A stretch of DNA of 64,000 bases, taken from NCBI GenBank assembly GCA_965655095.1, contig OZ296659.1:35278001-35342000 (forward strand). Direction: 5' to 3'. Positions 12,923 to 24,340 of this stretch are shown piece by piece. Positions within the stretch are counted from its first letter, which is position 1, and every line of letters starts with the position of its first letter. This DNA is from Haplodiscus bocki (Eukaryota). The notes under the pieces are model-generated. The model had not been told where the DNA came from. It saw nothing but the letters and a program-made list of their open reading frames with translations, and did no database searches. Made by a program: the position numbers and the translations under genes.

Positions 12923-13149
12923 GTAGTGTTGGATCATTTGTTGAAACCGGAAAACTGTAAGCAAATAGTGCAGAAGTTCAAAGAAACGATTGACATTGAT
13001 TTGATCAAGCAGCAAATCGAACAGGGATCTTTCGACATCTACCAGTACTCAAATTACATCATCGATACTCTTTCCAAAGTGTGTGCTCCTTGCAGAGACG
13101 AGAGAATGGCGGAGATGCGCAAAATCAAAGATGTAGTTCTTCTTTTTCG
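12923..13149 (+). CDS. TCP11L1: TCP11-like protein, exon
   Basis: ttgcag|GTA...CG|gtcagt. ETIDIDLIKQQIEQGSFDI...LSKVCAPCRDE matches TCP11 LDLDLIKQ...G.LD...LCAP.RDE. Confidence 0.95.
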
Positions 13150-13759
13150 GTCAGTATGTGTTCGTCTGCACAATGCTTAGAATCTTCGCCTGACGTACAA
13201 AAATTTTAAGAGTCTCGATTTCTTTTCATCCCTAAGCAAAAACGTTTCTCTCCCACTTTTGGGGTTGAATTTTTGTACCTTCTTGATCAACACATTTCTT
13301 GGCGGTTCGGACTTCTTTTTGAGATTACGTACCAAATGGCCTGGAACCATTGAACATAAGTTTGAAAATAGTTATAAGCTTGGATGTAATGGCAAGTTGT
13401 GGGCATCAAACGATGGCCCATTTGTTTTCCCCTCCATAGGAGTACCAAGAATTTTTTGTTCATCATCCTTCTTACATTCTCACAAGCAAATGTTGCAACA
13501 CAGAGTTGAATTTTTTTCCGATCTAGGTATTCCGCAAAAATAAGTGCAAAATAAATAATTGCCATGAATAATTCTTTTCTGTTCATCCCCACGTCTTCAA
13601 AAAGTTATTTGCCAAAAATTTTTTGCAATTATTTACGGGACAAGATGCAGAGTTAGTTTTCAGATTTTATCCGTAATTTTTAATTGGAACCTTTTGATGA
13701 CAAGAACTTAATTGTTCTATGAACTGTATTCTGAAAGCTCCAAAACTCATCGCGAAGGT

Positions 13760-14110
13760 AAAACCTAACTCGTTGCTGTGTGAGATTAACTTGTCGTTTA
13801 AATACATTTCAGTGCGGGAGAACAAAGCGTGAAGCGTATTGTTTGAAAAAAACTGTGGGAAACTCATTGAGTTTGGCGCGAATTTTGGCAGCGCGAATTT
13901 TGGCATCCTCCGTTTAGACCTCTACTTCCGCTCAAAAGATTACGATTCAAGTCAATCAATTTTTTTGCTCCTGGCGTTAGAAAAAAACTCCGACTGAGGG
14001 CTTGTACGTCCTACATAAGGAGACATTTCTTTGCCGAAGGAACCTTCATAATTGGTCATTACATTTGTTTTCTCGAAAAAGTCCAAAGCACTCTGAGTGA
14101 ATGGGCTCGC
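13760..14110 (-). pseudogene. Polinton major capsid protein (hexon-like), N-terminal remnant
   Basis: SALDFFEKTNVMTNYEGSF...EF...IDLNR then FFSNNTLHALFSRTEMYLNDKLISHSN. This matches the Polinton MCP signature NN.LHSLFSQ.DV.LN...IS.SN. Most of the remainder is deleted or unrecognisable. Confidence 0.8.
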
Positions 14111-14199
14111 ATTTTCATTCCGCTCTGTGAGATTGTGGTTGAAGTTGTCGCCGCTGAAACAATAACACTTGCTGTGTTCTTCTTTATTGTTGTTATTGT

Positions 14200-14607
14200 A
14201 TTAACTAAAATGACTTTCGGACAAAATATCCGAGCGACTTCTTTCTGCAGCATTTCGGTTGCGAATGGTGTTCGGCGTTTTCAGGTCCGAGCAGACCTTT
14301 CGCAACTTTTTTCCGCAGCGGTCTTTCTCTGTAACATGTTTTAACATTCTGCGACTGGGTGTCTTTTTGCGAACCCAAACTTGACGTATTTCAGGTATAG
14401 CGGGCTCCAACAAATTTAAGCAACGTGTTCAGATACAGGTAGGAAGTATTTGCGCACATTTGGAATCGCCGCTCTTCCCATGCTCATCGTGGAAGCTCCC
14501 AATTCACCAAGGTCTGCTCGCAATTTCCGCGCTGGACCACAAAATGCTGCGTTTTGTTGAGCTGCCCGATGATAGTTTGTTATTTGGGAATCGTAATGAG
14601 CTTCTAT
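14200..14607 (-). pseudogene. Polinton PW-like / basic core protein remnant
   Basis: EAHYDSQ...FCGPARK...LGELGA...MGRAAIPNVRKYFLPV..., then LLEPAIPEI.QV...KKTP and an Arg/Lys-rich tail. It lies between the minor and major capsid genes. Confidence 0.55.
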
Positions 14608-14799
14608 CTAACTTTTGATTACGCTACAAAGAAAATCTAGTTTACAGTGATGATGATTGTGATGTTGTAATTCATTACACTTGGAAGTGGAACCTGGAAA
14701 AAATCCTTGGTTCCGAAACAAAGTTTTGACGCAGAGCGACTCAACTTTTGTACAGTAGTGTCCCTTCCTCCTTGTCACTCCGCTGATCGTCTGGTCAGT

Positions 14800-15800
14800 G
14801 TGCATTAGACTTGAGTGCCAATGTAATGTTTGTGCAATCGCCACTCACAGATGGTATCTGCCGATTTTTTCGTTGGCCAGAGTCAGAATATTTGACTGAA
14901 ATCGCGCTTTGTAATTTCGCTTCCATTGCAAGGTGGAAAAACTCCGATGGTCCACCTCTCTTCTGTTTTGGTTCGCCGAAAAAAAGGCCCCCGAGGTGAA
15001 TGGATTGCAGCAACGCAGTGTGTGTGTGTGTGTGTCGTCCCATGTCTCATCTTGAATCAGATCGCAGTTTGAAATTATTGTGTGACGGCTAGCATCCACG
15101 TCAACTGGCCACGGCTTAGATATTTTTTCAGAACTGATATCTCCGAAGTAATTTCTTGATCGTCTTGGAACCTGCTATTATTGTTAGTCTTTCTACTGTT
15201 GTCGCTGTTCAACATCCTGGAAGTCAATGGTTGTGGTCTTGCCGTGATTATTTTTCAAGTCTTTCCAAAGGGCTTGGATCATCAAACTGTGTTGTTCTAC
15301 CTTTCCACACAACTTGACGCCAAGTTCTTGCGTCGTCGTCCCAACTTTCCATGAAATGTTTCTTGATGTGCTCGCTAAACCTGCACTTTCCTGAGCGGTT
15401 GGTGACAAAATATCTTCCTGATTGCTTTTGGAAGCACATTTCATCATCGCGTCCATGATGAAAAAAACCTGCTTTAATGTAGCGAACTTCTGCTGCGATA
15501 AATATTCTTGCTGGTTCTTTTTTATATTGCTGCGTCACTCTCTTTGAGACAATCCCTGGTCCTCTGCTCGGGATGTTTTAGCTCGTTTATTGCAGCGGCG
15601 ATTTTGGGCTTGACACGCTTCTTGAAGCAGTAATTTTCCCTCAGTTAGATTACGAACCATTACCGCTCAAGGACTTTCCAGCAAGGCCACCTGTCGGCCC
15701 ACGAAGTCGTAGGTCTGGGTAAGAGTGTTCTAAAATTCGACAACTAGTTTGCGCGAATTGTTCCAGTGGATACATTGGAGATCAATTTCGGCGTCATCTT
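14800..15800 (-). pseudogene. Polinton minor capsid protein (penton-like) remnant
   Basis: N-terminus LISNVS...N.LSNFRTLLP...QVALLE...VRNLTEG. C-terminus WPVDVDASRHTIISNCDLIQDETWDD..ALLQSIHL...FQS..LTLANE..QIPSVSG..TNITLAL. A (TG)n expansion at about 15018-15034 frameshifts it. Confidence 0.75.
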
Positions 15801-15939
15801 ATGACTTCCACAACCGATCATGCCTTGAAGAGGATATCGTTTTCTTTTCTGCTGAAATACCTACTCGCTGTTGATCAAAAAAGTGTAATTTCGTGCGTAG
15901 TTAGATGGCTGTTTTTGATGTGGTACAGACAAACTTGAC

Positions 15940-16450
15940 CAGTTCAAGCTCTTGGAATATATCTTGATTGACTTCGTCTTTCTAGTATTTGACAACATAT
16001 GTTAAATTGTTTTTTGTAGGTATCTGTGAAATTGAGAAGTTCATTGACTTGTATTCTGTAACCACGATTAAATGTATCTATTTTCATTGGAATGCGAACT
16101 CGGTCGCCGGTTTTGAACTTTGGTCGCTGTGGTAGCACATTGTTGCAAAGAGATAATAATTAAGGAAGTTTCTGTTATGAAACTTTTTTTGGAGACAGCT
16201 TGGTCATACGACTTTCTATTGTTTATACAATTCACAATCTGTAGTTTTGGGAAAAGTTTTTTGGTAAATTCGATTTGTGCAAGTATCACTCGAGTTCAAA
16301 AAGCGATCAACTTGTTTGGGTTAGCATATAGTCCTTCTGAATAAGTTTTGGGGACTACCAGAAGCCGTTCAGGTTACGTGTAGTTAATGTGAGTTTTGGT
16401 ATATGCAACTGCGAATGGATCACCTTTTTCTATAATAACTTTCCTTTGTG
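15940..16450 (-). pseudogene. Polinton retroviral-like (RVE) integrase remnant
   Basis: LQIVNCINNR and PKFKTGDRVRIPMKIDTFNRGYRIQ..FTD match the Polinton integrase C-terminal PKFKVGD.VRI......F.KGY...W/FT.E motif. The catalytic core is badly eroded. Confidence 0.7.
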
Positions 16451-16759
16451 CTTTTTGTGCATATTGCATTTTGTGCATAAAAAGTCCTAATAGTCGGTAG
16501 TCACGTGATCAAATAGGTGTAGCCAGCCACACACGTGGCACCACAGTGACGGGCAGGTTTTGATCCTTTAACCAGACGTTTTTGGCAACACCCGGAGAGT
16601 CATTTCTTAGGGGCCATTTGTGTCTCAGTAAACTCAGATTGTTAGCCAACTGTTGAGAAGAACAGTGTCAAGTTTAGTACGTTTAGTGGGCGTTTCTCTG
16701 GGCAGTAACTGGTTTTGAATTTTAGAACTTGACTGTGTGGTAAGTCTTCGCCAAGCAAA

Positions 16760-17540
16760 ATTGTGTTAAAGCAAGTCACTCGACCAACTTAAGAAATTGT
16801 CTGGGCTATTGTTTATTGCTCACTTGGATAGTGCTTGGAAAGTCAGTTACCTTCATTGATGTATCTTGTTGATCGACAAAAAAGTGTTAAGATTGTTCTC
16901 ATCAATGCTGATTCTTTCGTTTTTCTGCATTATTTCCAAGTTTTGCCGAGATCGTTCAGTTTTTTTCCGGCTATTCCGGCCTGAAATAGGCTTCCCCGAA
17001 ATTTGTCCGGTGTTTCGTTTTTTTTTCGTGATCAACGCTTTCTTGCGGGGCAGATGTTTTGTCTGTTCGAATTTTTCCAATCTAGAAACACTGACATTTT
17101 CACTTTGGATACTCTAGTGATGCGGGTACTTGAGCAAGAATTTGTTGTTTCTGTTTGTCACGATAATCGATACTTCCGAGTTCGTTTTGCGACTTTCCTA
17201 AAAGCAATGCACATTGTTTTTTCTGAGGATAAACTTTTCAACGCCACCGTTTGATGTCATGGTAGGACTTCAAATGATTTGAACACTGAATGCATAATGA
17301 TTTTTAGTAAACGTGAACCTCGAGAAGTCAACAGATGACGCATACGTTTGAGAGGAGTCTCTCTTTTTGAACAGAGAGTCCCTATGATGCTTCTTTTTGG
17401 TGAAAGTAGAGCTATTTTTGCTTGCACCTTCTCTAGTTCAACATTTCCTTCATCAAGTTAAAATTACAATCGAAAAAGATTTCGACTGTGTCATCAGAAC
17501 AGCTGATATTGAAACGTCTCTTCCAAATTACAAGAAAGTT
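16760..17540 (-). pseudogene. Polinton conserved accessory ORF remnants (PZ/PM-like)
   Basis: RFNISCSDDTVEIFFDCNFNLM(KGNV) resembles the conserved small Polinton ORF (..EC..N.LKGNV). It is followed by RSRQNLEIMQKNERISIDEN. The position between ATPase and integrase fits. Confidence 0.45.
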
Positions 17541-17565
17541 AATGTATACGTCGACTGTACAAATC

Positions 17566-18233
17566 AAAATCTCCCACACCCTTCGTTCAGGTTCAAGTAT
17601 AATTGATCTGTTAACCAATACAGTATGGATGGCTCGTCATTGTGGCAATTCAATGGTTTGCTCAGCGTTTTACTACTTCTCACGTAGAGGTATATCATGA
17701 ATTGACCGAAAGGTTTCTGGGTAGTTCTTTTATAGAGCCTCATTTAGTATGTGGCTCACCCTTTTGACCCAAAGTACCAATCTGTTTTGAATCTCTGGGG
17801 CTGTTGAAGAAAGTTTTCTGTATGACGTTCAAATCGATTGTTTTGTCTCAATGAATCGGGACGCAAAACCATCAAATGGACGTTCTGATGTCCATTAGCA
17901 ACAATTAGAGCCAGGAACTCTGCTTTTCGCAGTATCGCTGAACAAATCATCCGAAACTAACAAAATTGGTTTATTGTGCGCTTCAGTTTCTTGCAGATAG
18001 TTCCACTGAAATCCTTGAACTTCGATATCAAAATATTTGGATTCACCTTCCTCTAAAATGATGCCTTAATGTTGCTGATAATTTTTATGAAAGTAGATTT
18101 TTTTTGAAAAAGGGGTGAAAATACTTTTTCTTGATTGCCAATAGTACCCCCCATCAGTCTGGTTTTTTTCCCACCCTACAGGGCCCACAACCAAAACGAG
18201 TTGTTGAGGCTGAGTGCTTATGCGCTTAATCAT
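17566..18233 (-). pseudogene. Polinton A32/FtsK-like genome-packaging ATPase remnant
   Basis: Walker A VLVVGPVGW(G)KTRL (frameshifted); KIYFHKNYQQH; Walker B ILLVSDDLF; FLALIVANGHQNVHLMVLR; KTIDLNV...FNSPRDSKQIGTLGQ. Confidence 0.85.
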
Positions 18234-19915
18234 TGCTTTGGCTCCGGTAAAATATGGCCTAAACATGCTGATAAAGGGGCTATCAAGCTTGATACAAATC
18301 GCCTGTCTGCCTCACAAAGCAAGAGATAAGATATTCAAAAATTAACAAGAATCAAAATAGCTAAGTGCTGAACCATAGTTCCAGGCAGCGATCGTTCGAG
18401 TTTTGAATTGTCACCGCATCAAAATTTCAGACTAAACGGTGGCCGCTCGTGGTTGTTTGCGTCAAAAAACAGTCGATGAGTTTTACGTTGAGAAAAACTT
18501 CCAAAGTCCGATTCATTGCTTCTCTTGTTTCAAGCAAAGCTCACTGCGATAACCACTACAACGAGTCGACTCTACGTTCTTCATGGCAGACATGGAAAAA
18601 TTTTTGAAATAAATTGCTTGTGCGGAATCACCCGACTGTTTACCAAGTCGGAAATTTCAAATGGTCACAAAAGTTATAGAACTGCTGAAAATCGAAATTT
18701 TTTTGCCTAAATATGACCCAATGGCATTCTGATTTCCAAGTACTTTTCAGTTGTTATTGTGAAAAAGTGACCTAGTCCGATATTTTTGACAGTCGTGATA
18801 TAACCATAGGCATCATGGAAAGTGGCATGCATTCTTGATTTTTTTAAAAAAAACTTCGAACTTTTATGTAGAAGGCTGTCCCTGGCTCCAAGTTCGCCTG
18901 TCAAAGGTGGCCTTGAATTTACTTATTGCAAGTCTATTGTCGCGTCCAAGTAGAGACGGACTTCCAGATCGGCGATTTCAGTGGTTTATTTTTTGGAGGT
19001 CAATAGGTAATTTCCACAAAATATTCACATATAATCATAGAAAACCTTATGATCCACAAAATTTGAATTGAAGCAATCGTCTGCTGGACAACAAAACTTG
19101 TAAAAATGATGGATCGTTAACTGTAAACTCGTCATAAAGAGAGAAAATAGCTGTGGAATGTATTTTTTCGCTTGTTGAGTTTTCGAACCGATGAGATGAC
19201 GTGCGGGTTCAGGCATTCAAACGTGCGTTCCGCATTGGTCACACCCAAGTCAAAATCCAAGGTCCGACTGTGTTCAGATAGGTAAAGTTGCCCTATTTTT
19301 CGCAAAAGGTTGTTTTAAGACAGCATGCTGTCTTTGAACGGTGAGTAATATTTCTCAAACTCAACCAGACGCTCGAAAATAAGCAATACCTTCTCCATCA
19401 ACGGACGATGTCAATGAGTTGTGTTTTTCAAACTCCTATGCGCAATTGAAGTTGCTTCCAAGTTCTTCTGTAGTCTTCTTATTTATGAAGGGTTGCATCT
19501 TTCCGCCTCTGACGTTTGATTTGTTTGTTTCTGCTCTGGGAAAGTTTTCGGAATATGAAACAGTCATCAATTCAACATGACCGATTTGTGCTGTAGATAA
19601 AACCTGGATAATAGTCTGCTTCAAAATGATTCACGCAATCTGCGATGAATAGCAAAGTATGGTGATCAATCGAGGGCAGTGTTTGACAAAGTCCATCCAA
19701 ATGCCCATAGTTAAGCTCGTTCGCTTGATGTTGTCTGCTGAGATATTGAGCGTTTTCATTAACCTATTAGTACCTCAAGAGCATTGCACAAACTCTGAGC
19801 TGTTGTATTTTTTATTGGTATGAAACAGGAGAAACCAAAAGTTCGACGGAACTTCTCTAAACAGCAGGCATTTGTTTCATTTGTTGAGATATTGAACCAA
19901 CTGATTGTGGGCTGG

Positions 19916-20001
19916 AACTGTCTAAAAATGAACGGTCGCAGAGTTCTTGTTTTCTTGCTGAAACTGTCTAAAAATGAACGGTCGCAGAGTTCTTGTTTTC
20001 T
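19916..20001 (+). repeat. Perfect 40-bp tandem duplication (period 46)
   Basis: aactgtctaaaaatgaacggtcgcagagttcttgttttct occurs twice. Confidence 0.9.
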
Positions 20002-20814
20002 AACTCATGTCAAATTCAAGAATTTTCGATCCACTCAATAGGATTTTTCGTCAATACGGAAGAAAAGCATACCTGGGACAGTCTTGACACGATCCCTCTT
20101 GTAATGGTATCCGCAGTTGTTCAACATGATTGTTCCAAGTGTTTTTCCAAACTGTAATATTTGAACTTGATAGAGCTGGTACCGTTTTACTTCTGTTATC
20201 TCTATCTCAAATTGGGAATGAACATGAAATTTATCAAAGGCTCTACAGATTTTGTATACTGTCAAATAAATCGAAGAATGGTGTCAAAATTGAAATTTAG
20301 TGTACTTAGTCAACAAAAAATTTTGTTTCAGTTGGTTTTGTCCTCTTGATTTTTTGACTTGGAAAATTTTCGCTTTGGCAATCAAAAACGGCTATAACCC
20401 CCCCCCCCCCACCCTCACCCACTTTCCCTTTCTTCTGATACCTTTGAAAGCAATTGCAAAGATCCAAAATAATTCCTGCTTTGATGACCCAAATTCCTAT
20501 CCTTGAGCCCGCAGTATATTTTATAAAGGATGCTCATAACTACTGCCGTCAAGAGACGGGTTGAATGTGTTTCGATGCAGTTTAGCTGACTCTGTTCTTC
20601 ATTTTGCTTAGTGACAGCAGGGAGCGGCAAAATTTATGCTTTTTGGATTTTTTAAATAAGAGTTCTATGGTCATATTCGAACTTAAATGTATTAATTTGT
20701 TCATTGTAAAGTCCGTTATCCGTGAAAAAATAGCATACTCGTTGCAAATTGTCACTCTGATCATTTTGCGTAATTTGCCTGTGTTAATTTGAACGAGCCG
20801 ACTCAAGCACTAAG

Positions 20815-21629
20815 CAGAGGTGTGTTTCGCTAATGAAAAATCGCTATCAGCTAATGCCGCTGTTGGAATAACCGCTACTAGTTAATTACAGCTACTAACC
20901 ACCGCTAATAAATCGCTAAATTCGCTACTACTTGTCAACAATGGCATTATCAAGTATTCTAAAATATACATGATATTAATAAACGAGAAATTACCCTAGA
21001 TGATCCTCCAGAGATATCTTGCCAAGGATCTTAAAAGAAAGGCTCGCATTAGAGAATATTTGAAAACTCTTACAACAACGGAGTTATCTTGCAAGTACAG
21101 AAAAATCTGGCAGATTTCTTGAAAGAATCTTGCAAGGAAACGACGTCTGATCTGCTCAACAGACATTTCCTGCAGTAAAAATGGACAAATCAGAAGTCCC
21201 TTGCCAGAATTTTCAAGACCTTGCATTTCTTGCACTTTTTGCAAGTTTCTTGCAATTTTCTGCAAGAATAATGCATTATCTTGCAAGAAACTTCCAAGAA
21301 TGTTGCAAGTATTGTGTGATAGATTAACCGGGGTAATAGCACTAAAAGGAAATCGTTTTGCGGTTCAAAAGGAATCAGCAAATGCGTCTCCGAAGTTAGC
21401 AGGCTTCTTTCTTTGCGTTGCAGGTAACATATTCGAACGACAAGCTTCTGACAACCTTTCAAGCATTTGGATTACTGGAGTGCTTTCCAGAATGGACGGA
21501 GAAAATCCAATTTCCAAAGTCCGCTAATAGCGCCGCTCATACGTATTTTATTCGCTAATAGCGATCGCTATTAGCAGCTGATAAATTCCCATTAATAGCG
21601 TCACTACCGCTATCGTTAACACACCTCTG
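20815..21629. mobile_element. hAT-type non-autonomous element
   Basis: 12-bp TIR CAGAGGTGTGTT...AACACACCTCTG, 8-bp TSD gcactaag/gcgctaag (1 mismatch), and many subterminal cgcta/tagcg motifs. Confidence 0.8.
20994..21333. mobile_element. Non-autonomous element nested in the hAT element (TA|CCC...GGG|TA ends, TCTTGCAAGA palindrome repeats)
   Basis: Ends ttaccctagatgatc and gattaaccggggtaa, with more than 8 degenerate cttgcaag motifs inside. Confidence 0.55.
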
Positions 21630-22547
21630 GCGCTAAGTATTCGAAATTTTCCTTTTTCGAATCATTCTGAATCGTCGCTTGGTCGCGTTCCTGAAATCAC
21701 AACTGTTCAGTGCCAACCCTTCACTGTTTAACATTGTTTTGCAATATCAAGTATCCGTAGAATGAGATCTTTTGAAACGAAATTCGTGCGCTGGAAATTT
21801 ATCTCCGTAAAATGATTGGTTAGAACAATTTTGGCTCGTACCATGGTTCTCCTCCGGATGTACCGAATCCTATCTAATTCATTTGTTTTGAACGACACCT
21901 GCCGGTGGTATTGTAAAGTAAAATTTAAGACCACACAGATAATGGGATTACCCTCTCCTTCGTTTATTTGAGCCTATTATCATCTGATTGACGTTTGATT
22001 GCCAACCTTTCGGAGTCTTGATATATTTCACCCGCAGAAATTTTCACCAAAACTTTCAGAATGATCTTACAATTCTGCAATTGGTTCAACTCAGGCTAAG
22101 GAAGTGGCCTAATTTTTCGCTCGTTCGAAATTTGCTCTTTTCCGTGTGTCAGATTTTCTTTTGATTTTATGGCTTTTCATCTTTTATCCCCCAATATGTT
22201 TCCAACTTTTTAAAAAGCTGGCTTTCAATGTGCTCTCGGGCTCTAAAACCATTTTTCATGACGTCCACAAACCGTATTGCATGAGAAACACGTAGTTGTC
22301 AACCCATGATTAAACAGAGAAGGCCAGCTTCTCAAAAATTCAAGATATACTGGGAGAAAGCAGAAAAAAGTTATAAAATATTCGAACATAGCTATAAAAC
22401 TAGGTGCTCCGCCTTCAATATTGAGAATGGAATCTTAGCAATATCCTTGGACACCATACTAAACGCCCCCTAGTATGTTTATTAAATCTGTCTGTGAAAT
22501 TTCGTTGCAAATTTGTTTTCGAAATCTTCATCCCTATTATACATGCA

Positions 22548-22660
22548 CCGTATTTCGACGGAAGCAAGCCCCTTAGCTTGAAAGTCGCGGTATTGATCCG
22601 CAGAGCTCCTCACTGTAGTTTTTGGATATTGCGTATAAGCCCACCCCCCCTTCCATAGAT
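22548..22660 (+). mobile_element. Tc2-like terminal fragment
   Basis: ccgtatttcgacggaagcaagccc...gcgtataagcccacccc. The second TIR was not found. Confidence 0.3.
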
Positions 22661-22804
22661 TTTGACTTTTTTCGGAAATGAGCAGTTCATAAGTAGAAAA
22701 CGATGTACTTTCACTGATAGAAGTTTGATCAAATGATGATTTTGCGTAATGTAAGTGCTTGTCTTGTTTTTGTAAGTGCTCAGAATGTTTGCTTCTTTCT
22801 GCAG

Positions 22805-22941
22805 AGAGCTAATGAAGACGTTGGACTTGATGAAACTGGACATGGCTAACTTCCTCATTGCGCAATCGAGACCTCTGTTCCAACAACATTCAATCGAGTA
22901 CGAAAGAGCTCAGTTTGATAAGTTTCTAGCTACTCAAAAAG
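22805..22941 (+). CDS. TCP11L1: TCP11-like protein, exon
   Basis: tctgcag|A...AAAG|gttatc. ELMKTLDLMKLDMANFLIAQSRPLFQQHSIEYERAQF matches TCP11 LDLMK.DMANF....RP......EYER..F. Confidence 0.95.
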
Positions 22942-23079
22942 GTTATCATAGTTTTTTTTAAAAAATTACTGACTTTGTTCATTTTGTTATAACTTCACCT
23001 GACCTAAAAGTAACCTAAAAACAGTTTTCAAAATTGCAATTTCACAAGTTACGTTAGTGTTGCTCTTCTAAAATTGTAG

Positions 23080-23321
23080 ATCAGGGCTTGCAGTATACAA
23101 GGGAGTGGTTGTTCCGCGCCAAGGAGAGACTGACGACTCAACTCGTGCCAACTAATAGTCCCACAGGACCAGTGCAAGTAGTCAGCCCTGGTGAAGCCGC
23201 AAGTAGTAGTGGCAGTGGAACAACAAGTGAGGGAGGCAGGATGCCCACCGGCAGGGAAATCTTAAATGAAGCTTTCATGGAGTTGTTGGATTGGAAAGAG
23301 CCCATTGAAAAGTATCCTGAG
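23080..23321 (+). CDS. TCP11L1: TCP11-like protein, last exon visible in the window
   Basis: ttgtag|AT...GAG|gttagc. DQGLQYTREWL...ILNEAFMELLDW...YPE ends at the conserved (F/Y)PE, before the expected T.xMD segment, which was not found downstream. Confidence 0.88.
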
Positions 23322-23419
23322 GTTAGCTATAGTTACAATTGCGCAATGAGGACCATTTTCTCCGTCCTCATACTCGAAATATCTGGAAGCTTCATCTTCG
23401 CAGTTAGAATCAGCCACAG

Positions 23420-24340
23420 CGAACAACAGTGTTAAAGAAGAAGAACTATGGCCCAGACCACTAGAATATGAAAATTCAAAGTGAACCAAAACAGTGCAAG
23501 AATTAAAACTGTCGGAGATTTTGCAAGACTCGAACTAAGAATTCAAGACATTACATGTTCAACTTTTGTGTAGTATCGGCTAGTCATGACACGTTCACTG
23601 ACACTGGCAAGGCTACCACAAGCAGGTGCTAATTCAAAGCCTCATCTTTACAAAAAAGTACAAAAAGCACCTTCCAAAAACCATTTGAAGACTTCAGACA
23701 AAGAAAAAGAACAAAAACTCTTCTCTTATCATTGGAGAACAAAACAAAGGAACCGCAAGACCCTAGAGGCAAAAACTAAACATGGACCTCGTAACCAGGG
23801 AATAATAAACTAAAGAAAAATTGAAACTAGCTTTCAGATTTAAACCCTGGAACTTTTTCTAGAATCGAACTAAGAAGTCAAGTTTTTACATGTTCACTTT
23901 CGTGTATTCTCGGCTAGTCATGACATGGTGACTGACAATGGCAGAGCTACTGCCACCTGCAGATGAAAATTGAAAGCCCCATTGTGAGAGTAAAACTACC
24001 AATGACGGCGGATCTTCCAGAAACATGGGTTTCAACTAAAAAAATCATTTGAAGATTTTAGACAAAAAGAGATGAAAATCTTTACTGTTGCCCATTATAA
24101 AACAACCCATTAGAAGCTAAGGGGGCCGAAAGGCAACAACTGAACATGCATCTTGTAACCAGGTATGTTAAACTAAAGCTTATTTGTATGAATCATTCGG
24201 ATTGAAAGTGTCAGAACTTTTCCGACACTCGAACTAATAAATCAAGACTTTACTTATTCAGCCTTTCAGACTTATTCAGCCTTTCAGAGTTATCGCTTGT
24301 TATCCAATGCTCACCGACAATAACAGAACTACCATGTGAA
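23420..24340 (+). repeat. Old tandem repeat, about 3 copies of about 335-365 bp
   Basis: tcgaactaa.aa.tcaag..tt.ac.t.ttca recurs at about 23530, 23865 and 24229. ggctagtcatgaca and gtaaccagg also recur. Confidence 0.7.

Larger units (their letters stand above)
13200..20300 (-). mobile_element. Degenerate Maverick/Polinton (adintovirus-like endogenous element); boundaries approximate, TIRs not found
   Basis: Co-oriented remnants of packaging ATPase, small conserved ORFs, integrase, minor capsid, PW-like protein and major capsid, in a Polinton-like gene set and order. The core at 13.75-18.23 kb is well supported; the flanks are inferred. Confidence 0.8.

Noticed and set aside
13200-13600. Polinton cysteine protease (adenain) downstream of the capsid gene
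   Set aside because: The position fits and FDAHNLPL...PGHL is vaguely similar, but the catalytic HW and QxxxxxxCG motifs could not be found.
20996-21527. Overlapping 90-108 aa ORFs
   Set aside because: They arise from the palindromic TCTTGCAAGA repeats of a non-autonomous element and have no protein-like features.
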